Of a stretch of DNA of 64,000 nt, positions 12,980 through 25,050 are shown piece after piece. The position numbers were made by a program, and so were the translations under genes. Location of the stretch: NCBI RefSeq assembly GCF_009914755.1, contig NC_060926.1; one strand, given 5' to 3'. The stretch is from the human T2T-CHM13v2.0 reference genome, Homo sapiens. Numbering within the stretch: the first letter of the stretch is position 1; the number at the start of each line of letters is the position of its first letter. The notes below the pieces were generated by a model. That model made no database searches and was not told the DNA's origin. It saw nothing but the letters and a program-made list of their open reading frames with translations.

Positions 12980-14537
12980 CTACATTCAACAAGGGAGAGG
13001 CAAACAGAAAGAAAAGCAGAAAAACGCTATATTCAAAAGCCAGATACGCCTTCAGCTTCCACTCCCTAAACCTGTACAAATGCTTGCGAAAAGTACCTGC
13101 CCATTACAAAATGAATGCCTCTGAGAAAAAGTTAAATGCAGTGTTTTATAATGGCGCGTGCGTGTGCCCCGCTAGTACGTAGGAGTGAGGACAGGACTGG
13201 GGGAGGGTAGTGAATATGTATATGTGTACACCACTCACGCATATGTGTTTGTATCCTAGTGATTAACTTAAATGTGTTTATGGTGGTTGCCCGACAGGAT
13301 AATGTGTGTGGAAATGACTGTACATTTCAGCGACTTCATGTTTATCCAAATGTGTTCAAAGTTACTCACAACTCCATAAAAAAAAAAAAAAGCTGTAAAA
13401 TCACACATTCTACTTCCATTTCTGTCCTGGCTTCCAGATACTTAGCGATTTAAGTTGAACAGCCATTGCGTAATTTACTAATACTGGCAGCGATTTTTAA
13501 GAAGATTACATCGACGGGATACTGAAAAGCAAATGCAGAAAGGAGGAAAAATAGTTTCCACCAAATTGTTTCACCATCAATGTAACATTTGGCAACAAAA
13601 GTGGACAGGGTCTTCCACCCCTCCCTCGCCTTTCTTTTCTTGCCTTCCATCTCTGGCCCACCGCTAAATTTCCACCTTGTACAAAAGCGCTAGCTGCAGG
13701 GCGAGGGCTGGGGGCGCGGCGCAGAGCGCTCTCCCACGCGCCGGGGATCAGGTGCGGAAGGCTCCTCTCTAATAAACAGCCCATTGAAAGGGCCGCCCGC
13801 TCTTTATTGGGGCTTTTCAAAGTTCGCCTCAAACCTCCCTTTAAAAGATTGAGTAATTATAATGGTCAGCGATTGGCAACCGCGAAGTTGCCGCTTCTAG
13901 TAAGGAAAATAAAAAGCCTTTAGTAAAACAACTGAATTTCTGGCTCCAGTAGTGGCTGCTGGGGACTTGGCCGCCTCTGGAGCGGTAACAGGTAGCAGGA
14001 GTGAGTCCCTCTCCCTTTCTCCACTTTCCCCCCTCTCAACTAAACTATCTCTGAACCTGATTTATTTTCCATGGTGTGAATACTCAAGGTATCCATGTCC
14101 CTTTCATTCACTGAAAACACAGCTTGACACTCCCAATGTGCGTAAAATACATGCACACAAAATATATATTGATAACATAGATTTTTTTTTCTTACTGTAA
14201 GAAGTGAGAAAGTGAAGTCATTATTGCTTTTGGGACTTTAAAATCAGCACTAGCAGATAATCATAGTTACCGTGCATTCTTTTAAAAAATCCAAGAAGCT
14301 CCTATGCTATCCACAAAAGAAACCCAAATTTTTAAAATTTAAATTAGAAAGCCTGCAGGGGGTACTTGAGTGACACGACTCATTATGTGTGAGTACTTAT
14401 GGGCAATTATGGAGGGGGATGCTGGTCTCAATACACATACACACTCTCGCAAACGCACACATACAGAATATGTAGGTTCATCAGTCTTCAGTTATTGCTT
14501 CTATTCTGGGGCAAAAAAATGAAAGAACTGTAATTAC
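12980..14537 (-). other. NEUROD1: NEUROD1 intron 1 (in 5' UTR)
   Basis: Donor AAAG|GTAATT at 14538/14537. Acceptor ...CTCTCCCTTGTTGAATGTAG|GAAATCGAAACATG at 12980/12979, with an upstream pyrimidine tract. Confidence 0.92.
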
Positions 14538-14625
14538 CTTTGTTGTTAGTAGGTCCTGAGCAGTGATAGTCTCATAACCCTGGGGCCTCCGGACGCCGCG
14601 CCTCCTGCGTGGGCGAATTCCTCGT
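14538..14625 (-). other. NEUROD1: NEUROD1 non-coding exon 1 (TSS approximate)
   Basis: Lies ~25 nt downstream of the TATA box and ends at a canonical GT donor. Consistent with the known two-exon gene structure. Confidence 0.85.
14546..14575 (-). other. Upstream ORF in NEUROD1 5' UTR (MRLSLLRTY*)
   Basis: ATG AGA CTA TCA CTG CTC AGG ACC TAC TAA read on the minus strand within exon 1. Translation is not shown by sequence alone. Confidence 0.7.
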
Positions 14626-15060
14626 GTCGTGGCCGCGCGGGCGCTCAGGTTATATAGCCCAGTTAGTGATGCTAAGCGCGGGCGGGGCCGCTAGCTGAGG
14701 GGCTAGCAGGTCTATGCGCCTGACGCCTGCGCACGCGTCCAGGCTGTGCGCTCCCCGTTCTCCCCTCCTCCCCACTTCTCCCCACGCCTTGCTCGTCTCC
14801 CGCCCTCCTCCGACAACCGCTCCCCTCACCCTCCACCCCTACCCCCGCCCCTCCTCCTTCCTCCCCGGCATGCGCCATATGGTCTTCCCGGTCCAGCCAA
14901 GAGCCTGGAACCACGTGACCTGCCCATTTGTATGCCGCGGAGCGCTCCATTCCGGCCCCTTTGTGGCCAGAAGAAAGTGGCCCATCTGTCGCCAGTTAGA
15001 GACTCCGCGGACCTGTTTTTACCCGCAGGAGAGATTAACCCTTTCAGGCGGCAGAAGGGA
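14626..15060 (-). promoter_or_regulatory. NEUROD1: NEUROD1 proximal promoter: TATA box, GC boxes and E-box cluster
   Basis: TATATAA (minus) at 14650-14656; GC boxes near 14680 and 14845; E-boxes CATATG 14876-14881, CACGTG 14912-14917, CATTTG 14925-14930 and CATCTG 14983-14988; CpG-rich. Confidence 0.88.
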
Positions 15061-16679
15061 CGGGGATAGAGGGGGGAGGGGATTTGAGGGAAGGAAGGGA
15101 AAAGCTAATGTTAACTAGGTCTAGATCAGAGCGAGTGGCCTGCTTTCGCGCCGGAAGTAGGACAGAGGTGAAAGAGGCAGAAGCGGGGAGACTGAGGCAC
15201 GCAGTGAAGAGTCCTCGCTCCTTTCGATTTCTTGTCCTGACACTGGCATCCAGAGCAGCATGACTCCTTGCCCTCTCTGAAAGGCCCATCCCTTGGCTTC
15301 TTCTCCTTGGCAGACGCTTTGATCATTGGCGCCAAAGGATGGCTTCTCCTAATCTCCGTCGGCCCCTCTAAGCAAACATATACGCCATATAAAAGCGGCT
15401 TCATCTGTAAACGCAGCGTTGAGATTAGTTCCCCAACCTCCCTAACCGGATCGTCCTCTCCCAGTTCCTTCAGTACAGAAAAGTTGTACCTGCCATTCTA
15501 TCCCTACCATACGTGCAATTCTTCATGTCCTGACCTTCAGCTACGACTGTTCCTCCAGACCCTCTCACTACGTCAGTCCCCACCTCCATCCCCAGGATCT
15601 TGTCCTCAAAGCGAGCTAGTTCTCGCGAGGAGGCCTTGGTTCCATTGGCCTTTGCGCTCTCTTATGTGGGAGCTGGGGACTTCTTTGACGGTTGTATTCT
15701 GCCTTTTAACCATGGCCACTGGGTTGCTGGAAAGGGCACCCTCACTCAGCCAGTCCAGGGACGCTTCTGGTTCCCTGGCCAGCCCGCCCTGGACGGCCTC
15801 GGCTCTCTAGTCCAGGCATTGACCACAAGTACGGTGGTGGACACCTCGCCACAGCCGGACCTGCGCTCTTGCTCCCCTCAGTCTCGGGTCTGTATAAGAT
15901 ACTTGATTCAGACAAGCGTTTTCAAAGAGAAGATGCAATGGGCCTGTGCTGAACGGGTCTTTCCGATCTCTTTCTAGAAACGCCTTTAGCACAACCCCGG
16001 AAGGATTAATGGCTGCGAACTCCTCCAGACTTCAAAGCCTCTGATTTGAAACTCCCAACTTGAAGGTCAAGCAAAGACCACAGAAATTCTCGACCAGTTC
16101 TGAAGGAGCCATATTGTTGCCCAAATAGCAATTCTTTACTCTTTTCGAACAAGGGTTTTCCAGAATAATAGATTTTAAAAAGAAAGAAAGAAACTGGCCT
16201 GTCTACTCGTTCTTTCCCAGCTTTGCCTCTAATCCTTCATTAACTAACTCCTTACCCCCTCCCAGACCTGAAACCCTCTGCAATAAATACCTCTTACGTG
16301 AATTGCTTATTTAAAGGCAATTGCACTAAACATCCCTCGAGTTTGCAAACAGCGACAGGGTTGAGAGGCTGGATTGGGGTGCATCTGGGAGAGGGTGGGG
16401 ACGGGAGGAGAGAGTAGGGGTAGAGGAAGAGGGTCCTAGCCAGATCCCCGGTGTCTGAAGGTAGCAGGTGCAGCCTTCCCTGCACAGTACTAATCTAAAA
16501 GGGGAAGAAAAGAGTTGTGCCACCGAAGCGTGGCGTGAATCGTTGTGGGGTTCTGGAGTTTTGCTTGCTTTTCTACATTCACTTGGCTGACAAAGCGCAT
16601 AGGGGAGGATAAAATAATTCACCCAGGAGCCTGGGCCCAGGATTTACCCCTGTACTGTCTGTATCTTCAGTGTTGGGCT

Positions 16680-18850
16680 AAAACTCGAGGGCGTCGGAGT
16701 ACTAGCCCTTAGAAGATAGTACACAGCCCGACGTTTGCGGCAGGGCCAGGTTAAGTACTGCCCCTCACCCGGCAGCTGCCCCGACTGGCAGCACACTATG
16801 CCGCAGGCATATGCAACTCGTGCCTAGGCTCTCATTTTTCCAACTTTGGGGAGTTCCGGAGGAGAACTGGGGACGGAGTGGGAGAAAGGACTCCAGCTAG
16901 CTTCGAGGTCAGGGGTAGCCTAGAGGTCCCTCTGCTAAATCCTTGTCCTCACCCCCAGAAAGCAGAAACCTCCAGTTCGCGACATCCTGTGCAATACAGG
17001 AGAATTATGGTGGAGTCAGATGTTCTTGAGCAAGAGGGACGCCCGAGTGTTTTGCCAGACGGAGACTCAAATGCGTAAAGTGCGGGAATTACTAGTCTGT
17101 TTCCTCCCTCTACCCTTGATAAATTCATCTCTAATCCCACTGCGCGTTGTTCGCTCAGGCCTGGAGATTTGTACAAAGGAAAGGCCACTCCAGGATGTTT
17201 CAGAGACAGGGCTGAGGTTGGGTCTCACGGTAGCTGTCCTTGGGCTTCCCATCCCGCAGCGCTCCGATGTGACCCTCCTCTGCGCGGAAAATTTCGACCC
17301 GGGGCGCCGGCATCGCGACGCTCAGCCAGTGCCCGCGAGGCTCCCAGGAGATGCGGGGTAGTAAGGCCCTAAAAAGAGGAGCCTGGACACGGCCTGGATT
17401 GAGGTGCGTTTTGTTTGGGGTTGAAGGCGCGAGAAATTGGGGCGAGAGAAGAGAGTCAGCCGGATCCCGGAGAGGACAGAGCTGAAGGCGCGGCGGGGCT
17501 TAGCACTGAGGACCTTCTCCGCGGCCCCGCTCCTCCTCCTTATTTTCTTCTCTTTGGACTTGTTTGGACGGTTGCACACTTTTCCCCCTCCTGATTCCCT
17601 AAGTTTTTTGTCTCTCCCCTCGCTGCCCGTTAGCTGTACTCCCCCAGCTCCCGTCCCTACTGGGCGCTGCAGGCTACCCAGCGGCACGCGAACCGCACGC
17701 GCGGACAACAAAAGCCTCTTTCATGACTCACTGCCCTCGAGCAATGCCCCAAATCTGCCGCCTCCCGGGTCCCCGCTCTGAGCGCGCGGCGCGGGCCGGG
17801 CGTCCCGGCCGTTACAGCGGCAGCCGGAGCGCCCGCGGGAAGGGGGGCGGGAGGAGGCGTGTGGCCAGGGGTGGGGAGAGGGGAGTGTGGCCTGGGCCGG
17901 GCGGAGGGGAAGGGGGAGGCATGTGGGAGGATGGGGGTGGGGAAGGGATGGAGGCGTGTGGCCCGGACGTAGGGGGTGGGAAGCGTGTGGCTGGAGGCGA
18001 AAGCGGGGAGCGGGAGGTCGGGGGCGAAGCATTCACAGGGCCAAGATAAAGCGCAGGGGCCGGGCCGGCGTCCCTGGCGGTGACCTGTTTCTCAGGGAAA
18101 CAGATGCTCGCTCTTGCAAAGGGAGGTTTGCGTTCAATGAAAGGATCAAGTGTGGCCAGGGCAGCCCGGCCGACCTCGAGAGGTTCCCGCGTCCTCTCCC
18201 CGCCCTGCCTAGGAGGGGGGTGTCGGGGCCTGGGCGCGGGAGAGCGGAGTGAGGGGGCCGGGTGGCTGAGGGGCCCGCGAGACCGTGGGGCTCAGGGGCC
18301 GCAGGAACGGAGGGCTGAGAGCTGCAGGTCCTGCACAGGCTGGGTAGCTCGGAGGCTCTTGAGAGCTTCGGGGGATGAAGGGGGGTTGATGCGGGTTCTG
18401 ACCAGACCGCCGACGCGGCGCCTCCGCCCCGGGGGAGGCAGTTGGGCTCCCGGGTCCTGGCCTGAGGCTGGAGCTGCCCAGGCTCGACAGGCAGGCGACC
18501 CGGGAGAGCCAAGAGCAACGAGAGACGCTATTAAAATGCCTCGCCGTCGCCCCGAGCGCAAAACCCATCCTCCCCAAATCTCCTGGGCTTGCGGCATAAT
18601 CTTAATTAAGATAATTGATTCATATTGCACCTGCGAGAACGGAAAAAATTGATTTCAACCCCCAACCCCACAAATCGCTTAGAGCTATTGGATGGAGCAC
18701 GACGCGACTGTGATTTAGGGAGTGATTTAGTGCCGGGCTTCCCCAGCTCGGCCTGCCTGGGCCTTTTTATTTATTATTTATGCCCTCCCGGTCCCGACGG
18801 GGCTTTGGTGGCTCCTTTGTCGGCTCCCACAGGCCTTGGAAGGACTTGTC
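16680..18850. promoter_or_regulatory. Upstream CpG island
   Basis: High GC and abundant CpG (CGCG, GCGC runs) compared with the AT-rich flanks; no credible coding signal. Confidence 0.85.
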
Positions 18851-18993
18851 TCTGATTCCCTGTCAGGATCCAGGGGCTTTCCTTAAACCATCCAACACTC
18901 AGAATCAACAACGTAAAATCAACTCAGTAGGAGTATCTTGGCAGTCGTAGGTCACGGGCACAATTGCTCAAGGCCTCGTGCGTCCGATGCCCT

Positions 18994-19200
18994 GTGTGTG
19001 CAAAAGTGTGTGATTGCACTTGAATGTACGTGTGTGAATCCGTGTGTGTGCAAGATTATGTGAATGTGTGTGCAAATCGTGTGTGCATATAATGAGTGTG
19101 TGATTGTTAGTGTGTATGTGAACATATGAGTGTGTGCAGGTGTGTGTCAATGAATGTGAATGTGTATGTGAAAGTGGGCATAAGTGGATGGGTGTGAGAG
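18994..19200. repeat. Degenerate (TG)n-rich low-complexity tract
   Basis: Interrupted TGTG/GTGA repeats visible directly. Confidence 0.85.
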
Positions 19201-19579
19201 TGTTAAGTGTATGTCCACGGTCGCACCTGCTTTCGGGTGAGGAGCGTGAGCAGAGGGCGCACACCTGTTTCCCGGGGATCGAGGAACAGCTTGCTGTCCA
19301 AAGGGGATCGCAGGGCCAGGGAACTGACAAGCACACGCTATTTGCCAACCTTTGCCTTAATAGAAAGAAGCAAGCAAACAAAAATCCTCGGTAGCTGTGT
19401 GTAGCTTCAGGAGTGGAGAGCCGAGACACACCGACGGCGCCGGAGCGTCGCAAGAACAATGGTTGCTGCAGTGGGTTGGGAGAGAGGACCCGGACAAGTT
19501 CCTAAAGGCACGGGAGGAACGCGGGCAAACCAGGTTTAGGGCCCCAGGCGAATTGTGGAAGGAATGACTTCCTCAACCT

Positions 19580-19600
19580 ATCAGCACCGTGGACAATTCC
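19580..19600 (+). promoter_or_regulatory. RE1/NRSE (REST-binding) motif
   Basis: ATCAGCACC-GT-GGACAATTCC versus consensus TTCAGCACC-nn-GGACAGCGCC; both half-sites present with the canonical 2-nt spacer. Confidence 0.75.
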
Positions 19601-19644
19601 CACTCCAACGGCCCTGACCTTCGGCCTACTAGATTCAGCAAAAA

Positions 19645-19791
19645 TCTCTCTTCCTCCCTTGCTTCCTCCTTTCCTTCCTCCCTTCCTCCTTTCCTTCCTG
19701 CCTTCCCTCCCTCCCCTTCCTCCTCCTTTCCTTCCTTTCCTCCCTCCCCTTCTTCCTCCTTTCTTTCCCTTCCTCCTTTCCACTCTTCCCT
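19645..19791. repeat. Polypyrimidine (CCTT/CCT)n tract
   Basis: ~145 nt of almost pure C/T. Confidence 0.93.
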
Positions 19792-22115
19792 GTTTGCTTT
19801 GTTTCAAAAACAAAAACAAACAAACAAAAAACATGGGGCGCCATGACTGAGCTTTTAGTCAAAGAGACCTGTAAGTCTGCATCTAATTAGGCACATATTC
19901 ACAGTAAGTTTCCTATAAAACTAGGTAGCCAGATTTAGGGGCAAGGAAAGAGCTTAAACTATAATTTGAGCTGGCTAGTCTGAAACAAAGACAGAAATCA
20001 TAAATTGAATAGCTTTCAAAAAGATAGTCATTATTCCAATATTTGCACTTATTTGCCACACAGCTTCAAAACCAAAATGAATTTCTTGTTTACTGTCCAT
20101 AGAAATAATAAAATATCTCTAAAAATGTTTTTGATTTTGCTTGTGTTTTATGGAGTATAAGTTTTATTGAAAATATAAAATCTTTTTCACCACCACTTTA
20201 TCAACATTTCAGTTATTTCATACTGTAAACAATTTCTGGTAAATTCATGAAAAAATAAGCCAACAGAAGTTAAATGGCATTATTCACTCAGATTCAGTGA
20301 GCCACACAATTAGCTAAATCATGCCAGATCTAAAATATTACATAATGAGTAGTCATAACTTATCCAGCATATACTGGAAAAGTCTAGTAAAGACATAACT
20401 GAGAAGAGAAAGCTCCTTTGGTACTTTGAACATCTGAGAAATATATACACCATATCCCCCTCCCCCACCACACACTTATTGATGTAATTTTCAAAACATC
20501 ATTATTATTAGTAAACAGAATCCTTATCAAGTATTATTCACACTTCACTGTAATGAGAAATATAATCATTTTTGATTAAAGAATTCATCCCTGGAGTCTC
20601 ACCTTCTTTAAATAAAATGTCTTCTTTCCTTTATAACAAATGCATTTCACTCAAATTAAATATTGATAATTTGACCTTTTATGTCTTTAACTAATCAAAG
20701 GGGGAAAATTCCAAATGTAGATCTCGGAGTTTGGCCTTGGTGGGTCTTTCCGCTTGAGTAGGCACTGAGATTAAAGGAGTCAAACTTCCTCTTTCACTGC
20801 TCTCTCCTTGCACTAATTGCTTATGCAAAAAATGCAGATTTGTATTAATTAGTAACTCCACTGATTAGTTCTGTGGTATTTTTACATAATAAATCATGCT
20901 GCAGACATGAATTTTGGCACATCACCCAGTGGTGGCTCGGCTGCAATACGGGTTTCTTATTAAAATAAAATCTCTGACTAAATCTACCTTTCGGATGTAG
21001 GTACTGTGAGCAGCCACCTGCTGGGAGCACCTGCCATGGGAAATTACTTTCACTCAGTGACAAACCACTTTAGGGGCTCAAACAGAACAATTTGATTATG
21101 AGGTTAGGCTCTAATAATAAACAAATAGTTAAACACATACATACATACGTGACACAAATGTGTCTAAGCTTTAGACACATTTTGCAGACCATGATGTAAC
21201 AACAGATAATTTACTTGTAATGGGACTAGATGTTTAAAAACAACTTCCCAAGTCATCAATAAATACCTCAGTCTGTTTTCCTCCTGTAACATCTTTGCTC
21301 ATTTGTGAGATGGTCTGGTATTTTGAGACTCTCACAAAACTCACCCTTATTGACTTTACCCACTCCCCAGGCAGGCAAGCTAGTTCTGGAAGGAAAAGAG
21401 CCACAAAAGTATCAAGGAGAGGAATATGAATGCCAACAGCCCTCCCAGAGGGAACTGGGCACCCCTGCCATCCTAGCATCAGATGAGAAGCTGTGAGGCC
21501 AGACACCTACAGTTGCGTGATGTGAGGCAAATTCTTCCTTTCCCATTGTTCACTATACAAACTTTTACACAACTTCTTCCTTTTGAAAAGTATTTAATTT
21601 GATAAAGCAGATTACAACCAATCTTGCCAAGACTATGAATTAGGCCCAGGTGTTTTCTGTGCTCTTTTAACCCTTTACGTGCCCTTGTTTTCTAATCACT
21701 AGTGACGCCTTTCCAAGACCCCTCAGGTGCTCTCAGCACCTTTATGTTCTTTCTGTTACCTGCCAATCTATACCTGCTGCTTGTTGCAAGGAACCTGGAA
21801 ATTTACGCATCTTAAGAGGTTGAGAATGACGCTGAATCTGATGCCTGTACCTGGGGAGGTTGCAGAATCACAAGGTACAAAGAAAAAAAATAAAAATATT
21901 GACATTCAGAGATTAATAAAGGCTAAGAAAGGTATATTTCAGATGGAGGCTGGGACATGACATTCTGTTCAGTTTGTGCTAACGCAGGTCACAGCCTCCA
22001 TCTTCCTTCATGACTTGTCCTGAGGCAGGTGGGTATGTGGAGGCTGGGAATTGTGAAGCCTCTAGGGAGGCTCTCTCTCTCTCTCGACATCATTTACTAA
22101 CCCTTTCAAACTTAG

Positions 22116-22565
<450 letters not shown>

Positions 22566-23049
22566 TGAATTTACCCTGGATCCTACTTCTTCTGGAATCA
22601 CATGGACTAGATTAATAGTCTCTCATGAAAAACCAACAGACAAAAAACAAAACAAAAATAACAGTCCTAAATTTTTATGTTTGTCCACAATGCTAGTGTG
22701 GTAGACAATATGGAGAGCACCAGGGCTGAGCATAAGCAAAGGCTATAAAACTGATTCAGGTTTTCTTCAGAGAGCTTGTCTCCTCCTTCCCCTCCTTTCA
22801 GAAACTGCTGATTCACTGGGCAATAAGCGTATTAGCAAATCTATATTGAATGTCATTATGTGCCAGGCACTGTGCTGCTAGGTGCTAGGGGCACAGGAGT
22901 AAATAGACATTAGATTCAGCTTTCTTGACGCTTTCTTTCTAGTGGGAGAGATGGACTTTAACGAGGTTTACTCACAAGTGAGTATGTACCTACCCAACTT
23001 GAAACAAGTGCAGGAGTACTCAATACCCAATCTCACTTCCTTCTTGTGT

Positions 23050-25050
23050 GCCTTTCTAGAGTAAACAGTCTGGAAAATTAAAACAAATAAATTAATTAAA
23101 AGTTTCCTATGTGTCCTAGTTGTGGTATACATTCTGCTAATCAGATGCATTAGACTTTTATTCAGAACCAGTTACTTGAGAGAGCCAGGAGACAGAAGAT
23201 TTATTTGTCTGGCACAAATTCTAGTGCAAGTAAAGCCAGCAAGTGTGGTGACAGCTTTCTGATCAGGACTCAAGCAAAGGTGGAAGCTTTCTTAGCCTAG
23301 TTTTGTGGTATGGTTTTTGATACTCTTCCTGGAATCTCAGGCTAGAGTCTGTTTCTTCAAGCCTCCTAACACATTTCTTGTAAAGCTCTCCAGGTGATGA
23401 GGGACACTAAAGTTTGAAAACCCCTAATGGTTCTCAATAACACACCACACCTACCTTCTGATCTCTTACATCAAGGAGCAAAAACTGAAAATTATAATGA
23501 CAACATTTGGGAAGATTTAAATAGCTCCAGCTACTCTGAATACTCAAGTTCCACTGAAAGCCTTCTTTTACAACATAAGCACTCCCTCCTGCCATATCAA
23601 ATGAGGCTGATCTTGGTTTGCTTGAAGGTTCCTCTGACATACTCAACTTGCAAGAGGATGTAAATCCTCTTTATAACCCATTCCTTCCCCTTACTATTGC
23701 TTCCAACCTGTGACTAATAGGGCTCAGGTAGGACAAGAACAATTTTGTACCTAGAAGAAGGCTACTAAGTAATTGCAAGATTTTGTTCATTTTTATCGTG
23801 CTCAATGTGGGGGCAAATGTGCGGGTATAGATTTTGCAGATGCTAGCCTGGGGGGATAGAATATTACTTTAGATCAGGCTGAATTTCTGAATATTGTTGT
23901 AATTGTTATTAATTCTGGATTCAAAGTGCTGCTGAAACCTCTGAGTATAGTTTTCATTGTCTGCTCCGAAGGTTGAATAAAATATACATTCAAAGCTGAC
24001 CTACATTGCATGAAGCTTAAATACCAAAAATTTCTCAAAGTGATGTAGAAAAAGCAACCCAAAGTTTTAGACAGAAAAGGTTAGAGTCAATTCATTATAG
24101 GCAAACTTCTCACCTACCTCCTAACTATCCTCAACACATGTGCATTTCCTTGGGAGGGACAGCATCTTTGAAAAATCCCCTTCAGGCTGGGAAGGAAGGT
24201 GGACAATGTTACTATTAAATGGGATCCCTGATAGAAATTGGGATAATTGGTTTCTGGGATGACGGTCCAGGGGGCACACAAAAGAGTCAGAGACAAAGTG
24301 GGATTTTTACTACAACCCACAGTAATTGGGGTGATCTAACACAGGAAAACCTGTGGCAGTGTCTTAACCTTTCATGGGATTCATATAATTGTATGAGGTC
24401 TGAAAAATAATAACAATAATACATGGGATGATAAAACCTGATCAAGGCTTGTCATGAATTACCATGATGTCATGATAGCTGCTCACTCAATTCTGAAACT
24501 TGAGTTTATTTCCAAACATTGAATATAGAGGAAGCCAGGTAACCTGAAGAAGGACCTTGTGATATCATCAGAAGTACTTCCTGTAAATCTTTCTCCCAGC
24601 CTTCTCCAGAAGTATCTTTGGTTATTTACCATGGTAACTGTGTAGTGGGAGATGGGAAATAGCCAGATCTTTCAGGGAGTATTGGCTCCTGAATATAAAT
24701 GAACACGATGCAGAATGTCACTGTGATGTATCTGGCAGAATCTGGGATGCATGCAGTTTAGGTGACAATTGGATTTGCGGGCCTAATTCTGTCACAATGG
24801 CACTTATAGGTCTGTAAAAGCATCCTGTGATTGTTTCCACATTTCCTTCATATAGAGATGAGTGAATGTCCATGCTTCCTTTCTGACCCCCAAAATGAGG
24901 GTCATTATGGGAGAAAAAGTCAAATCTTGAGCTTCCTCTTCTTATCAAAAGTACAACTGCACACTGGGGGAATTGCAGAGATTGATCAGCATCAAAGATT
25001 TGAAAGACGTCAAGTGATATGACAGTAGCCACTAGTTATCTCCCATTAGC
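23050..25050. mobile_element. Highly degenerate ERVL-class LTR and internal (gag/protease) fragments
   Basis: 24500-24720 resembles the ERVL protease region (GGTAACTGTGTAGTGGGAGATGGGAAATAGCCAGATCTTTCAGGGAGTATTGG, cf. TVHWGKGN.QTF.GLLD). An RT-like remnant resumes at ~26050-26290. Confidence 0.55.

Noticed and set aside
12969-13079. 37-aa N-terminal extension in the 393-aa ORF call
   Set aside because: It begins at a non-ATG codon and runs through the intron's pyrimidine tract and splice acceptor; the real start is the ATG at 12968.
11978-13182. Overlapping antisense and alternative-frame ORFs across NEUROD1
   Set aside because: Expected shadows of a GC-rich CDS; no recognisable protein features.
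14243-14262. RE1 left half-site TCAGCAC in intron 1 (another at ~21733)
   Set aside because: No matching GGACAG right half at a plausible spacing.
14672-19862. Many 100-190 aa Pro/Gly/Arg-rich ORFs
   Set aside because: Artefacts of stop-poor CpG-island and simple-repeat sequence, open in several frames on both strands, with no domain resemblance.
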